Of a DNA stretch of 64,000 nt, positions 30,501-43,700 are shown piece after piece; position 1 is the first letter of the stretch; each line of letters opens with the position of its first letter. The notes under the pieces were generated by a model. That model searched no databases and was not told the DNA's origin. It saw only the letters and a program-made list of their open reading frames with translations. Position numbers and translations under genes: made by a program. Source of the DNA: Phoronis australis (Eukaryota; Animalia; Phoronida); the NCBI GenBank assembly GCA_002633005.1, contig NMRA01000160.1:79552-143551 (forward strand). Reading direction: 5' to 3'.

Positions 30501-33500
30501 TAACCGTATTCGCGATGGGTCAATCATGAAACTCATCTGGCGACGAGTTGCTGTCGTCAGACGACTCGTCGCTGTCACGAAATTCCTCCTTGTCTCAATC
30601 AACAAATGTGCTCTTTGATGAGTTCAGTTAATTCTCGCTGATCTTGATACGGCAGTCAGAGGCAAGAGTTAATCACTGAGATATCAGCTACACGGCGACC
30701 AGCCATCTTACTGTCTTGAAAACATGCCGTGACCTCGCGACCCCACAGTTTCACACCCACTTAACTAGTTCTAGCGAATGAGGTCAGCGATGCATTGGGT
30801 TAAAAGGCTGTTGCTAGCTAAAAGACTGGTGAGTGACACTTCTGTTGAAAATACCCCGAATGCAAAAAGTGAAATAACGACTGATGATTGGACGAAAAAC
30901 TCAAAGAGCTTACTACATGCATAATGAGCAGAGTTTGACCTTTCTGTTGATGTGTTTACGAGCGAATTGGGTCATCGGAAGACTGAGCAATGAGGACACG
31001 AAAACCGGCAAATTTCGATGAAAATTTCACGAGATATGCAGCCGTGGAGAAGGTGATGTTTTTCAAAATGAAATAAATAAGATTTAAAATGAAGTTTGCT
31101 TGTTTTAAAGTATTGTTTTGTGAAGTAGAATGAATAAATAATCATAATCTGCAATAAAAAAATTTGACCTAATTTTAACCGATAGCGACTGTTTGCAGTC
31201 TGGTCGGGAAATAGAGTTTCCGACTTAAGACTCATTTTGTGGTGGTGGGTCACATATATGAAGTGGTATGAATAACTGGCATCGGTAAGCAATTTACTGA
31301 CCCACTTAATGCTAATTAGGTTAAGCTGAAATCGCAAACTTCTGACTGGAATACACAGCATGGGTGAATCGTCCGTTCTAGTGAATTAATGGACTCCATT
31401 CAGAGTTAAATTATGAATGCTAACATGGTGTTTAAAAAAATTAGGTTCTGCCCGAAAACATGAATTAAAGTATGGAATGACTTTGAGAGCTGTCACTTCG
31501 TAAGGCTTTAAAGATTATGCATTTGGAAAAATGAACGATTTCTGCGTGCTTTCTCAAGCGCTTTCAACATCTGACTGAAACAAAGATGTAGACATTAATG
31601 TTTCACTTAAATCAAAAGTGCCTACTTTAAATTTTTAAAGTCACCGCTAATTTTACCCCCAACAATAATTTTGTAAACTTAGTGAATCAAAAAGTTCTGT
31701 GATTTGTTCAATTGCTTTTCCATTTAAACAAAATTTTAATTTAAGTTTATTTTATTTTATTTTATTTTGCTAAAATGATTTCGCCTGACTGATCTATAAA
31801 GGTCCGTGTGTTCATAGTCAGTTATTTTATTACCAGTCAAACCTAACGATTAGTGAATGACATGGCTGTTGGTGCGACATATTAAATATCATTTCGGCTT
31901 CGTCAATAATCGAGACAAAATTTTAAAATGTGGTAGATGTATGCAGTGATAAAACAGTAGCATTGACTGTTAGTTCTGTTCTTGTCCACTAGGTGACACT
32001 GGTTGTCCAACGTCTATACGGAACCCTGAAGAGCGTCAAGATTCGCTACTCCACGTCCAGTGGGTCAGCGACTGGAGATGTAGACTACGAACAGATACCG
32101 GAGAGTGCTGTGACAATAGCAGAAAAGAAGACCACAGCTCAGATTCGCTTTCGGGTGAGATAGAGGGGGGTGTCTGTGGCTCACATGGTTTGATTAAGTC
32201 TGCATGCCCACAGGTTGTCCAATTCAATAGCCTAAGTGTACCTCATGGACAGATTGTTTTTTGCCATCTGTTGTTCACAAGTTGTCGTTTCAGAGCATGT
32301 CCGCTAATATAGTGTCAATGTCCTTTTTTCAAACACAAGTCAAGCTAAGGTTATTGGATTTTTCAGGTTTAATGTTCATTAAAATTTCTGTACACCTACG
32401 TTAATCAGATGGAAATAGCTTGAGTTTGTGAAATTTGCCGTGAACTTTTTGACCTAAAATGGTAAATTGTGTTGTTGGGAAGATACATCTAGTTAAATGA
32501 AACATCAATTTTCAATTGAAAATCGATTGAAATAATAAAACTGAAAATTTCCTTTGAAAATGGACTCATTTATATTCTCAGAGCTGACCCTTTGTTCACT
32601 GTGTTTAGATTAAGAAAGACAACATACCAGAAAACGATGAAGATTTCTTTGTGAACCTGAAGGCCGTGTTCCAGTTACCAACTTTAGGTGGCGACCCAGT
32701 CAGTCCGCGCCTTAGTCAGCTGTACAACTCGTCGCGTGTGATCATTGGAAGTAATAGTGACCCCAACGGTGTTCTGAGCATCGAGGCTAGTCCATCAGCT
32801 ATTGACGAGACGCCGAGTGTGGTTCAGTTGACTGTGTATAGGAGGGGTGAGTGTGCAGTCGCAGCCAATAGATAGTTGTGACGTGTCAAAAATCAAGCTA
32901 ATTAATTATCCCTGCAAATCAAAGTCCGGGAACATGAAACCATCGTTTTTGTCCCACAAACAATTGGGTCGTGAGCAAAAGCATAATGAAGACCATAGCT
33001 CTACGATGTTCTTGGTTCACCTGCAGTGCAGTTGAACAGTATGTGAAGAAAGTTTGAGGAAACAAGCCTGTTGTTGTCTTAAAGCTTATAGCAGACTTCA
33101 CGATCACTATCATGATTTAAATTGTTGATATTTGGCTTGATAAACAAAATTTTCACTTAAGGTCTTACTTTATACATAACCTTTAATATTTTCTATAGTT
33201 TCGTCGTCTCTTCCTAGGTGGCACTTTTGGAACCATAAGCGTGCGTGTGAGAACCATCGGGGGTGGTGAGAGCTGGACTGTAGATGAACAGCCTGGACCT
33301 TCTAACAACACCGTGAAACAGGTGCTAGGCAACAGGAATAAAATATTGGCTGCTACCGCTGGCGTGGATTACAGACAAGTCGATGAAGTCGTCACATTTC
33401 AGGTGTGGTATGAAGACTAATTAGTGGCGCTTAGATTTTATGGAAACGATTTTCTACTATGTTGTTGGATTGTTTTATTTGCAGCATGAATTTACCTCCA

Positions 33501-34633
33501 GTTGTCTCTCAGTAATAGTGGTCTGCCCCCTGTTGTGATAATCTATGCACGCTAGTGATTCTGAACGTTTCGCTGAGTGCAGAGTAAAGGTAGGATTGAA
33601 TGTTGAAATGAGGATTGAGTAGCAAAAGAAGCTGTGGTTAATTGTCCATGTGAATACACACCACTCATGACTGGTTTGTTTACATAGGATGGCCAGCTGC
33701 AGGCCCAGCTATCTGTAGCTATTTTGGATGATGCCGAACCTGAATCAGACGAGACCGTAGTTGTCTACCTTGACCAAGTAACCGGAGGAGCCCGCGTAGC
33801 TAATGGTGCCTCTGACAGTGGTCGCACTGTAAGTGTCCAGTTTTGGTTATTGGATAGTGTAATAAAGTTTGATACTTCGTGGTGCTAGATGTCCTATGAA
33901 AACATTTTTAAGGGAATTTACTTGATTTTGTAGAGGGTCAGCATGTTTGTCGCGAGTAACAGCCATGAAACAAGCATGTACACAACGTTGTCAAATATTT
34001 TAGATTTGTGGAATGTAATAAAATTATTGCAAATACGTGGAAAAGTTCATTTCATCAAAAAAGCAAAATAATTATTATTTTTCTTAGTTTTATGTACAAT
34101 GCCATGCAATGTATAATGTAAGCAAGTTTATACCATTTAATTAAATAATGTAGACTCTTCTAATTTGCAGCTAGGTAATGAATCTTTATATATTTACTAC
34201 TTACGTGGTGTGTGATGTTCAAATATTCAATTGATTTGATGAAGTTTTGGTAATTATTATAAACACTTAAAAGATTATTATAAGCAAAGTGGGTTTGGAT
34301 TGAAAGATTTACTGCAACTGCTACGGTATGCATGTTGCAAAGTAATACGGCAAAATGTTGTGGGGTTTTCCATGATGGCAGTTGGATCTTGGCTAAGTAC
34401 ACAGATTTGTCAATAAGGTTTTACTTAATCTTAACTTGTAATTTAGTAAACCTGTTTTTTCTAATACAGCATCTAAGTGCCCTGTCTTTCTGTTTCTGTT
34501 GTTTCACTTACGCTTGTGCACTCGTAGTCTCATAATTTAGTCGAATGTCTTTTCATACATGACATGTTCATGGTCAGTACTTATACTGTACTTATACTAA
34601 GTGTCACAGATGCATGTGTGTGTGTGCTTGCAT

Positions 34634-34666
<33 letters not shown>

Positions 34667-34667
34667 A

Positions 34668-34721
<54 letters not shown>

Positions 34722-37700
34722 ATTCAAGCTAATCTCCTTCTATGCAGGACTACACCATCGTTACCATCAAGCGCAACGACCTGTGGAACGGACTGATTGG
34801 CTTCGCCCCGTACTCGCTGCTTGTAACCGCGGATGAAGATGGATCGGCCAAGGCGGATCTTGTGCTAGAGAGAAAGAATGCGTCGAGGCAACCGTACGAG
34901 GCCAGGGTAAGGGAGTAGTGGACATGCGTGTGCGCGTGCGTGTGTGTGGTTGGTGCTATGTGTGCATTAGGAGGGCTGTGGTCCAGGTCAAGGTCATTAA
35001 ACGCACTGCTGTTGCTGAGCTGCATTTTTTGTGTTTTTTTTGCCGAGATGCGTGGTTTTTGCTATTCCTTAGAAAACATACAAGATACTTCCAAGTTAGG
35101 ATTTTAATGTAAAAGTTGTGTTTTAGGTGGAGTTTTTACACGTCTCCCGGAAACATTTTATATACCTCTGAGGCATATTCTCTTCGTTAGTTTATGGTTA
35201 CCCAGCAAGTCTGGATTTGCTCTGAATAAGGCATTAAGTCAATTCTTCTTATTCTATAACTACCTGAGTGATATTTTGCATGTTAAACCACATCAAACTT
35301 GCTTTATTTTATTTTATTTTATTTTATTTCATTGTTGTTAGCTTGTAGCCTCTGAAAACTTGCAGAGTAGTCTCAGACAAGAGTTTCTATATCTGTCTCT
35401 CTCTCCCTTCCTCCCTCCCTGCCTCCCTCCCTCTCTCTCTGTGTGAGGTAATTTCATACCATTCTGTTATTCCTTACCACAGGTTGGCTGGGCAGCAGAC
35501 TTCACGAAGGATTCTAAGATGGATGGCCAGCTGGTGACGTCTCGCGGTGAGGTGGTTTGCCCCGCATACACAACGCTATGTCGATTCAGCGTTTTCTTGC
35601 GAAACGATACTGTAAGTGTTTGTAGTTTGGTTCATTAAATAAAGTTTCACAACAAATTTGACACAAGCACTTTTCGTCGCATTCTGACCAAATTTACATG
35701 GAAAATGTTTGCTTATCTTCACATTTTTTTGTCTCATTTTCTTCTCGGTTTTAGTCATAATAAAACTGGAAGAAATGTGACAAATTTCACATTTTAATAA
35801 TTTTAATTTCTTTCAAAACAACAGTAATCACTTGCAATCGAAAGGTAGTGAGATTGTACGCTCTGTTCGACATATAAATATAATATATCATAGATTTGCT
35901 AAATTTGCACAAAATAATTAATAATTTAAGACCTTACCAAAGTGTTGAAACGTCAACATTTTACGAAGCATGCCAGTGCTTAGCAAAAATTTTCTTGTCG
36001 TTATTTTTGTTGAGAAATTGTTTGCCATGTTGTGTACTAAATAAGTGCAGCATTTTCATACCCTTTCTGCAGACATCCCTGGTCAGGATCTGGGAACCAA
36101 GGAAAATTTGTTTAAAATCGTACTTTGCTGAAAAGTCTCGTGGCTTCATCCTTATGATGTGTATTTTATAACATTTTCACAGGCAGAAATTTCTCAATTC
36201 TTGTCTGTTCTTTTTATGCGATTGCTCCAGTCAGCTATATTTTTGCAAGCTTTGCTATAGACTTGATAAATGGCTTGATGCCTTTTTGTATCTAAAGTTT
36301 TATTGATCGCTGTTTAGTTAATATTACTCTTACCTTAGGACATCCCATTTCACACAGTGATGTCAGTCTAGTGTTTTCATTGAATTTTCGCGACGATCAC
36401 AAACAGTTACCAAGTTAGTATGTCTTGTTTTCTGTGGTTACACTCTGGTTAGAATTGAACTTGCACATGTAGGTGTAATTTTTGGCTAAACCACTTCATT
36501 CTAATCTTTTTTTAAATTTTGCCATTTTTGTCTCACCAATGTAACACTTGATATAAGTTTAATAAAAAATTGTTCGTACATCAGATTCTACTGTTATTGT
36601 TCTTCATGTAACACTTTGTTTGTTTGTTTGTTTGTTTGTTTGTTTATTTGTTGTGATACTGTATCATCTCCAGATTCCCGAGTTTAAAGGTTTCTTCACC
36701 GTGCAACTGAACAACCCTGGAGATGGCGTTAAGATCAACCGCGATGCTCAGAGTGCTCGAGTCGATGTCCTTCCGAGTGACGATCCTAACGGCCTCATTC
36801 AATTTGCGCAGGAATCCAGGTTTGTGCAGAATTGCTCCATTTGTTGTTGCCCATGTAAGAACCTAGCCCACTCCACAGTGAGTTCTAGGTGTAGGGCAAA
36901 ATATGACCGACGGGTGAAGTTTTATTTTCTCATTTTGTTCAAGAAAGATGTGTAGCACCAACGTGTTCAGGCTCTGCACACAAGCAACCACCAGACAAAA
37001 TTTTGAAGAAGGGCAAATTTGCAGTTATTTTTGTCTGAAATTGGTGAGATTTTGTCTTAACCTCTTTCTAAGATTGAAATGATGTTCGAACTTCCCAAAA
37101 TACGTATAAGTCGTTACTTCGGACTGATCTCGGTAAGTTGGCTTGGGTCCGTTACAACGTGCTTCGTATTGGAATCAGCCTTGCTGTCAGCCAGATGAGC
37201 AACAGACTGGTTCCATTCTGGGCTTGGCTAGTCACTGATCCACAGGGGGTAATAAAACATTTGTCTTCTCAGCCAGGACCATAAACCCTTTGTTAAGCTG
37301 TGTTTAGTCTAACTGGGAAAGTTGTACTGTATGAGCAGAACTGCTTTCACTGACTTTTCATGTCAATTTCAAAACGCCTATTGTGTGGGAAGGACACTCA
37401 TGATTTACAACCATCCACAAAATTGTAAGCCACTGTGTGAACTACTTATCTCCTCCAAGCCCAAAATGTCCCTGCACAGTTCCAACACCAGGTGGAGTTA
37501 ATATCGCATAGTTCTGGTCTTTAACAGCTTTAAATGAAACCTCAACTTCAACATGTGTAGGGATGTTGTGCTTTAAATTGTTGTTATTGTTTTCAGAATT
37601 GTTCATGTTGAGAAGAATGCCCGCTCCGTCCAACTGCGAGTCAGACGTGCTCAGGGCATGTCGGGTCAAGTGAACGTGACCTATCAAACTGTCCAATTGG

Positions 37701-40700
37701 ATAACAGCAATCTCTTCATGTCTGGGGTCAAAGTATATCCTGCACTAGAAAATGCTGACTACATTCCAAAATCGGGCTTATTAATATTCAGCCCGGATCA
37801 GGTAATTTTATTTGTGGACATTTGAGGTGCATTTTGTTAACTTTCCTGCCTAGTGATGGGTGAGTTATGGAGTACTAATTTGTTAATATGAAACTCATGG
37901 GTGATATCTGCGTCATTAATGTTTCGCGTCACTCTGAAACCATTTTTGACATGGCAATGCAGTGCTCAATAGAACACTACTGTAGTGTACTGTACCTGTC
38001 CTAGTTCACTCCCATATTCAGATAAATTCCCACTCCCAATTTTCTAGAAATTTCACAATAAAGTACCAAGTTTTACTCCAGTGTAATTTGTATCCCATCA
38101 ATATTGTTTCTCCATTTAAATTCTGCTGGCACAGTTGCTTTTGAAATTGAGTCTTTTGGCCTGTTATCCAGTTAAGTTGATTAGGACCAAGTATTGACTA
38201 GGGCATTAGCTGAGATGATGGGCCCATGGTCGGTGACATGGTTAAAATACTGATTCAATACACAATAACCTATTCTGTATTCCACTACAGTCCTCCAGCT
38301 ACATAACGATTCCGCTCACCCCCGTCCTTGCCTCTGACAATCCGCTACCCAAGCTCTTCCAAGTTCGTCTCAACAGCCCCACGGGGGGTGCTCGTCTTGA
38401 CATAGATGCACGCGCGTCTAACGTAACCATCGTGGAGGACGGTGAGACGAAAGTGTGGGATGTCAGTTCTATGATCTACGAGCGACTGACAGATGACACT
38501 CATTTCAACAAGTAAGTTGACTTTACAACTATCCCCCATACGGTTTCGACTTGGACAAAAGCGATATCCACATTCAAAGAACCTACTAGTCTATTGTAAA
38601 GCGTTCTCTCAATCTTTCATTGGATCTCACAAGTCGTTAATTAATATGCACAGTGCTCGACACAGGCAAAAATGTCTGCTCAAAAATATGAGAGATGGCA
38701 TATTTCTATTTGCGTTTCTTACAGTCATCCAATGCCACTGGCCACCAGGAACATGGTCTTGTTAGCGTCTTCTGCTGTGTATTTTTTGATAATCGAGTTT
38801 TTATAATTGACACTTACCAGATCTAAAATTTTCCACAGCCTTTCATGCTGTGCAACAAATTTATTCTTTAAAACAACAATTTTTTCTTTCGATTTTAAGA
38901 GCCAAATGCTGGTCTTGTTGGCATTCGAAGACCAAGCAATCTACATGCCCTACATGTGACATTTTGTGGATGATCTATTTTCCATACATCGCACGTATGC
39001 AGTGCCAACCAAGGGAATGTCGGGGTCACATGACGTTTTGTACCGTACTTGTATAGAACATTTTCAGTGCCAAGGGAGCAAACTTAAATCGCTCAACACA
39101 CAGAATTCTGCACTAAGTCAAAGTATTTTAAGGCTTTTTATTGCATGCAAAACTAGATACTGAATACATAACCCAACATTGGACTCAAGATTTCTTTCTT
39201 GTGAAATTTGCACCCCATTCTTGTGCATCAATGTGTCATTCAGTCTTGGTATACAACACCTCGCAGAATTTTTGACGGTAAATTTTTTCCATGAATTATT
39301 CGAGCTGCAAAGTTTGAACAGCGCGAACAAATGGAGGTTTACCTGCTTTGCATCTTCAAGGACTTTGATGACATTCCTACAATGGTAGGTCAGTCCTAGA
39401 ATTTTGTCTGGTATTTCTTCGACACGATGTTGTATTTTCTCTTAGTTCAAATTGCAAGTTATTTTTGTCTGAAATTGGTGAGGTTTTATTGTGCTAGTTT
39501 CATTAGCGATGATTTTGAATATTGAATTGTTGTCGCTTTCTGATTGATTGCATGAAAATTTTCAGCATACTAACGAGTCTACTCCAAGTTGTCCAGGATT
39601 CCAGTCTGAGCCAGCATCAGGTGATCGTCGTGGAAACGGTTCTGAAGACGTTAATCGGTGAAGGGGAGAGGAGAAAGTATGTTGAATTCTAAAGTTAGAC
39701 CCCTACAGGTGTTTGAAGTTGACAGCTGCACTGTTTCGGTTGGCTTGAGGTCATGACGTTTGGCGATTTTCCACAATTCAAAACTGGCAGGCTTCTTACT
39801 TTATGAGCAATAAACTGGACCCTTTAGTTAAACATCAACTTGATTTTGGCCCCTTACCTTGATCATAAAATCGGTCTCTTCATTCCCCACTCGAGCTGGA
39901 TACGATGTCTAGGTTTGAAATGGACTGACATGTCGGTATATCTTCAGATCACAGACATTCAGTTGCTCATCGTGAGTTGTTAAGTTCAGTCACCAGAGCA
40001 TTATGGTGATTGGAAGAATTCCAGGTGATTTAGTGTAGTAACCAAATTATGTCAATTCAACCAATGGATGAGATTGTTATGACGTTGCTTTGAGAGAGCA
40101 AACACACCTGTGAATATTCTTGAGGTTTTTGAAGCCAGGGTTCAGGGTCTAATCGTTGCACTCGAAATCCAACTCAAAATTATTTTCAACATATTCAATT
40201 CCACCTTTGCGCAAACTCAATATAAGTTTCTGTTTTCCCCTGTTCTATTACACTATCATGGTTTATGTTGATGAATGTATACTGAAAGTTCGCACTTGAT
40301 GACCTCTAGATTCAAGCTATAAACTCCAGTAAAAACTCAAAATCATTGAGTTATACTTGCAACTTATCGTGGTTATGGTGGCTTTTTCAAGTGTAGACAA
40401 GGGTTAGACAATCGTACAATGGACAATTCTACTGAGTTCAGACAAAAGTAGGACGGAAAATGTCACATTCGATTTCAAGTACGAAGACTAGACCCCGAGC
40501 CCTGAACGTTGTTTTAGCGGCTTTAAAGTTTCTTCAGCTGCCCGCCCTCCATTGTCTGATATTCTTGGCCAAAAATGTTTTTTGGAAGAAACCATACTGC
40601 TTGACTGTGTTTATGTGCAGCCAACAGCCAATGTCTAAAATCTTGGGATAACATGCCTAATGCTGTGGACATGATTTATTGGTCACATTTCAACACTCCT

Positions 40701-43700
40701 ACCTACTAGTGACGCCAAATCGGTTTTTCAGTTGAGACCTTGTTAGCAGTATTGACCAGTGAGGTCTGCCCACCTGCGAAATGCTAGCAAGTAGATCACG
40801 CATAACACTAATGTGACCTTGATTGACCTTGCCAGTTAGGTGATACAGTTGCCTGAGTGAGTGAAGCCTTTGCTGGTCACTATCAATTATAATAACGGAA
40901 AGAAATTGGTTTCTCATTTTTGTCTATTTTTTGTCAAGTAATCTAATAATTCCATTTTCCTTCATTTGGAAATTGAACTTTGTTAAAGATTGACTCAGGT
41001 TTGTTTATTTTTACTTGGCAGGTTAAGCAGCAACGCAATCAAGAAATTCTTGGATATATTTTGTGCACTTCTCAGTTCAGTTCGCACAGATGCCACCAGA
41101 GGTCGCTTCCAGCTACGGCCAATTTACGAAAGCTTTGTCTTCATTACCCTGAAGGACAAAGTTTGTGAAAGCACTCTGTGAGTGATTTGTAATTGTGTGT
41201 TTATGTTAGTCATGTTTCAGAAGACTGTTCACTTGTAATGAACGTTTCAACAGTCATCCGAATGAAACGTTCTGTAAGTACAATATATTTGCACTGTTTT
41301 CAAAAATGCTGTTAAGAATTGTTTTTCGAATTGGTTGACTTGTTTTCAAAGTTCATTACTGGTTGCTTTTTATGAAAAACTAAAAAGTTACTTGAAAACG
41401 ACTTGGAAATTTAGAAAAGTACGATAATTGCATTTGGTTGCACCAAAAGAAACTTTATCTTGTTACTGAATGATGTCATTACTTCGTATAAAAGTGCCTC
41501 TCGTTTTTGCTGATGGTCGTTGTCACATCGTGCATAGCCCAATCGATGGCATATTGGTATTTAGTCCTCAATTATATTCCGCTTCCTTTGCCTTTTTAGA
41601 AAGTGCATACGTTGAGTTTTGTTGGTGTTTGGCTTAATTCACAAACTTTGTTTCTTAATTGAATAGGTATAGTTAACTCACCACTCTGTACATTCTGTGG
41701 AAAAGATGTAGAGAATCTTTGCCATGTATTTTGGGAATGTTTAGTTATTCAGAATTTTTGGGAAGTTGGTGAAAAACTAGTTTACAGCCAAACCAGAAAT
41801 TGTTATTAGCTTGAGTTTGACAGATATTATCTTTGGGAAGGTGAAGGCCAAACATGTGATTAATCCCCTTATTAGCTTGAGTTTGACAGATGTTATCTTG
41901 GGGAAGGTGAAGGCCAAACATGTGATTAATTCCCTTATTTGCTTAGTAAAACGTCATATAATTTATATAGAGCTAGGTTAAATTCCAGACCTCCCTGCTT
42001 GCAATGGCTGAAAAATGATTTTTTTTAATATCATTACATAGAAAATGTAATTTACTATAAGAGCTTGAATTATAAACATTTTAGAAAAAGATGGATCCAT
42101 GTAGAAGGACGTTTTGTCTAACAATCTAATAATTATATGTGAATTGGGTGTGTATGGTATTAAAGTACACTTAGCACTCTGGGGTAAATGTTTATAACGT
42201 GCATCTGTAAGCTATGGTTGTGAATGTATTAAACATATTATTTAAAAAAATCATAAACTTGCTGACAAAGTAACTTACAACCTAATCTATCCACAATGTT
42301 AAATAAATGTTCATCATAGTTGCTGATCATCTCCAGTGTGATAGCTGAATGCTAATAGCACTCTGAGTGCTTCACGTTCCACGTAGTGCTAATTAGGTCA
42401 ATCTGTGTAATAAGACATGCTAACTCACACTAAAGGACTGTTGCAAAGTATTCTACATCCTAAATATGGACAAAAGCAGATGGCACTGCGTGGGTCTTCA
42501 ATGTTCGTTTCCATAACTTTGCGGATTTCGCAATTCGCAGTACTCTGTTCATTTGGAGTGAACATTCACATTCGGATCTCCTCTCATGTTCACAGTTCAA
42601 TTCTGATGAATTGTTCAAATTGCAGTGAGCACTCCTCTTAACGTTCACTGTTAACCGACCGTTCATTGTTCATTTCCAGTGAGCAATACTCTGAGTGTGC
42701 AAGCACCAGGTTCTCAACAGGCCGTCTCAAACCGGACACCATCAATGGGTACGAGTACAAAGCGGAACGTCAAGACTATATCACTGTTCCGTCGAAATTT
42801 TACCTGCGAACTGGAGCCAACGAACAGGTGAGTTGTGTGCAAGTGAATCGTCTTGTGCTTGCTTTCAGCAGTGTTCGTGTGAAACTGTACCTACAGTTTG
42901 GATATTGTTCGTTTCTGTATTTAATCCTTCCCTTTACCTGGTGATTGAGAATTAATTGCAAAAACCTCCCATTTGGTTTCATTTCCAGATGATTACGGTA
43001 CCCAAATCGAGGCTAAGTCCAGGTCAATCTAGTCCATAGCTAAGCTCTGTGCAGTCTTGTCCGGCATCATGACTTGAAGGCCAATTATCTACCATGGTTC
43101 AAAGAGTTACTAAAACTACTAGATGGTACTGCAATGGGTACAAGGCAACCAAACCATAACCCATATAATTATTTTTATGTGCCCTTATGTATATTCAAGA
43201 AAATAACTACGGTTTTAAAACTTGACATGTTTCGGTGTCATTTATTAAGCACCATCCTCAGAAGTCATAATACAGTGGCCACCTAGCTAGGCCCAGCAAC
43301 AAGTAATGAAGCACAGATCTGTGTCAAGTTTTAAAACCGTAGTTATTCTCTTGAATTTATGCTGCTACTTGCTATCATGGAGACCTTATGTATATGGGCG
43401 CACTGTGACATCCTTCCCTTTCCTGTGACCATGCATCCAGTGTCCACTATATATATATAATTAGTCAGACTGAGTGTTTTATTGCCATGAAGTCATAACT
43501 AATGATGTAATTGCTCTACTCTGTACAAATGGAGATAAGAACAGTGCTCCTGATGAGCAGGTGTCTTGAGAGCAATGGTTCTTGTACTTATGTATTGGCA
43601 AAGTAAATGGTGCAGTCACCTGGGCTGTTTCTGATGTTGTCTGCTGTGATTTCTCACAATCGTTGATTTTCTGGTATTCAAACTTTGTTGAAAACACGAC

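Noticed and set aside
34564-35112. ORFs rich in CV and HT repeats (also 55865-56148)
   Set aside because: Translations of TG/CA microsatellites.
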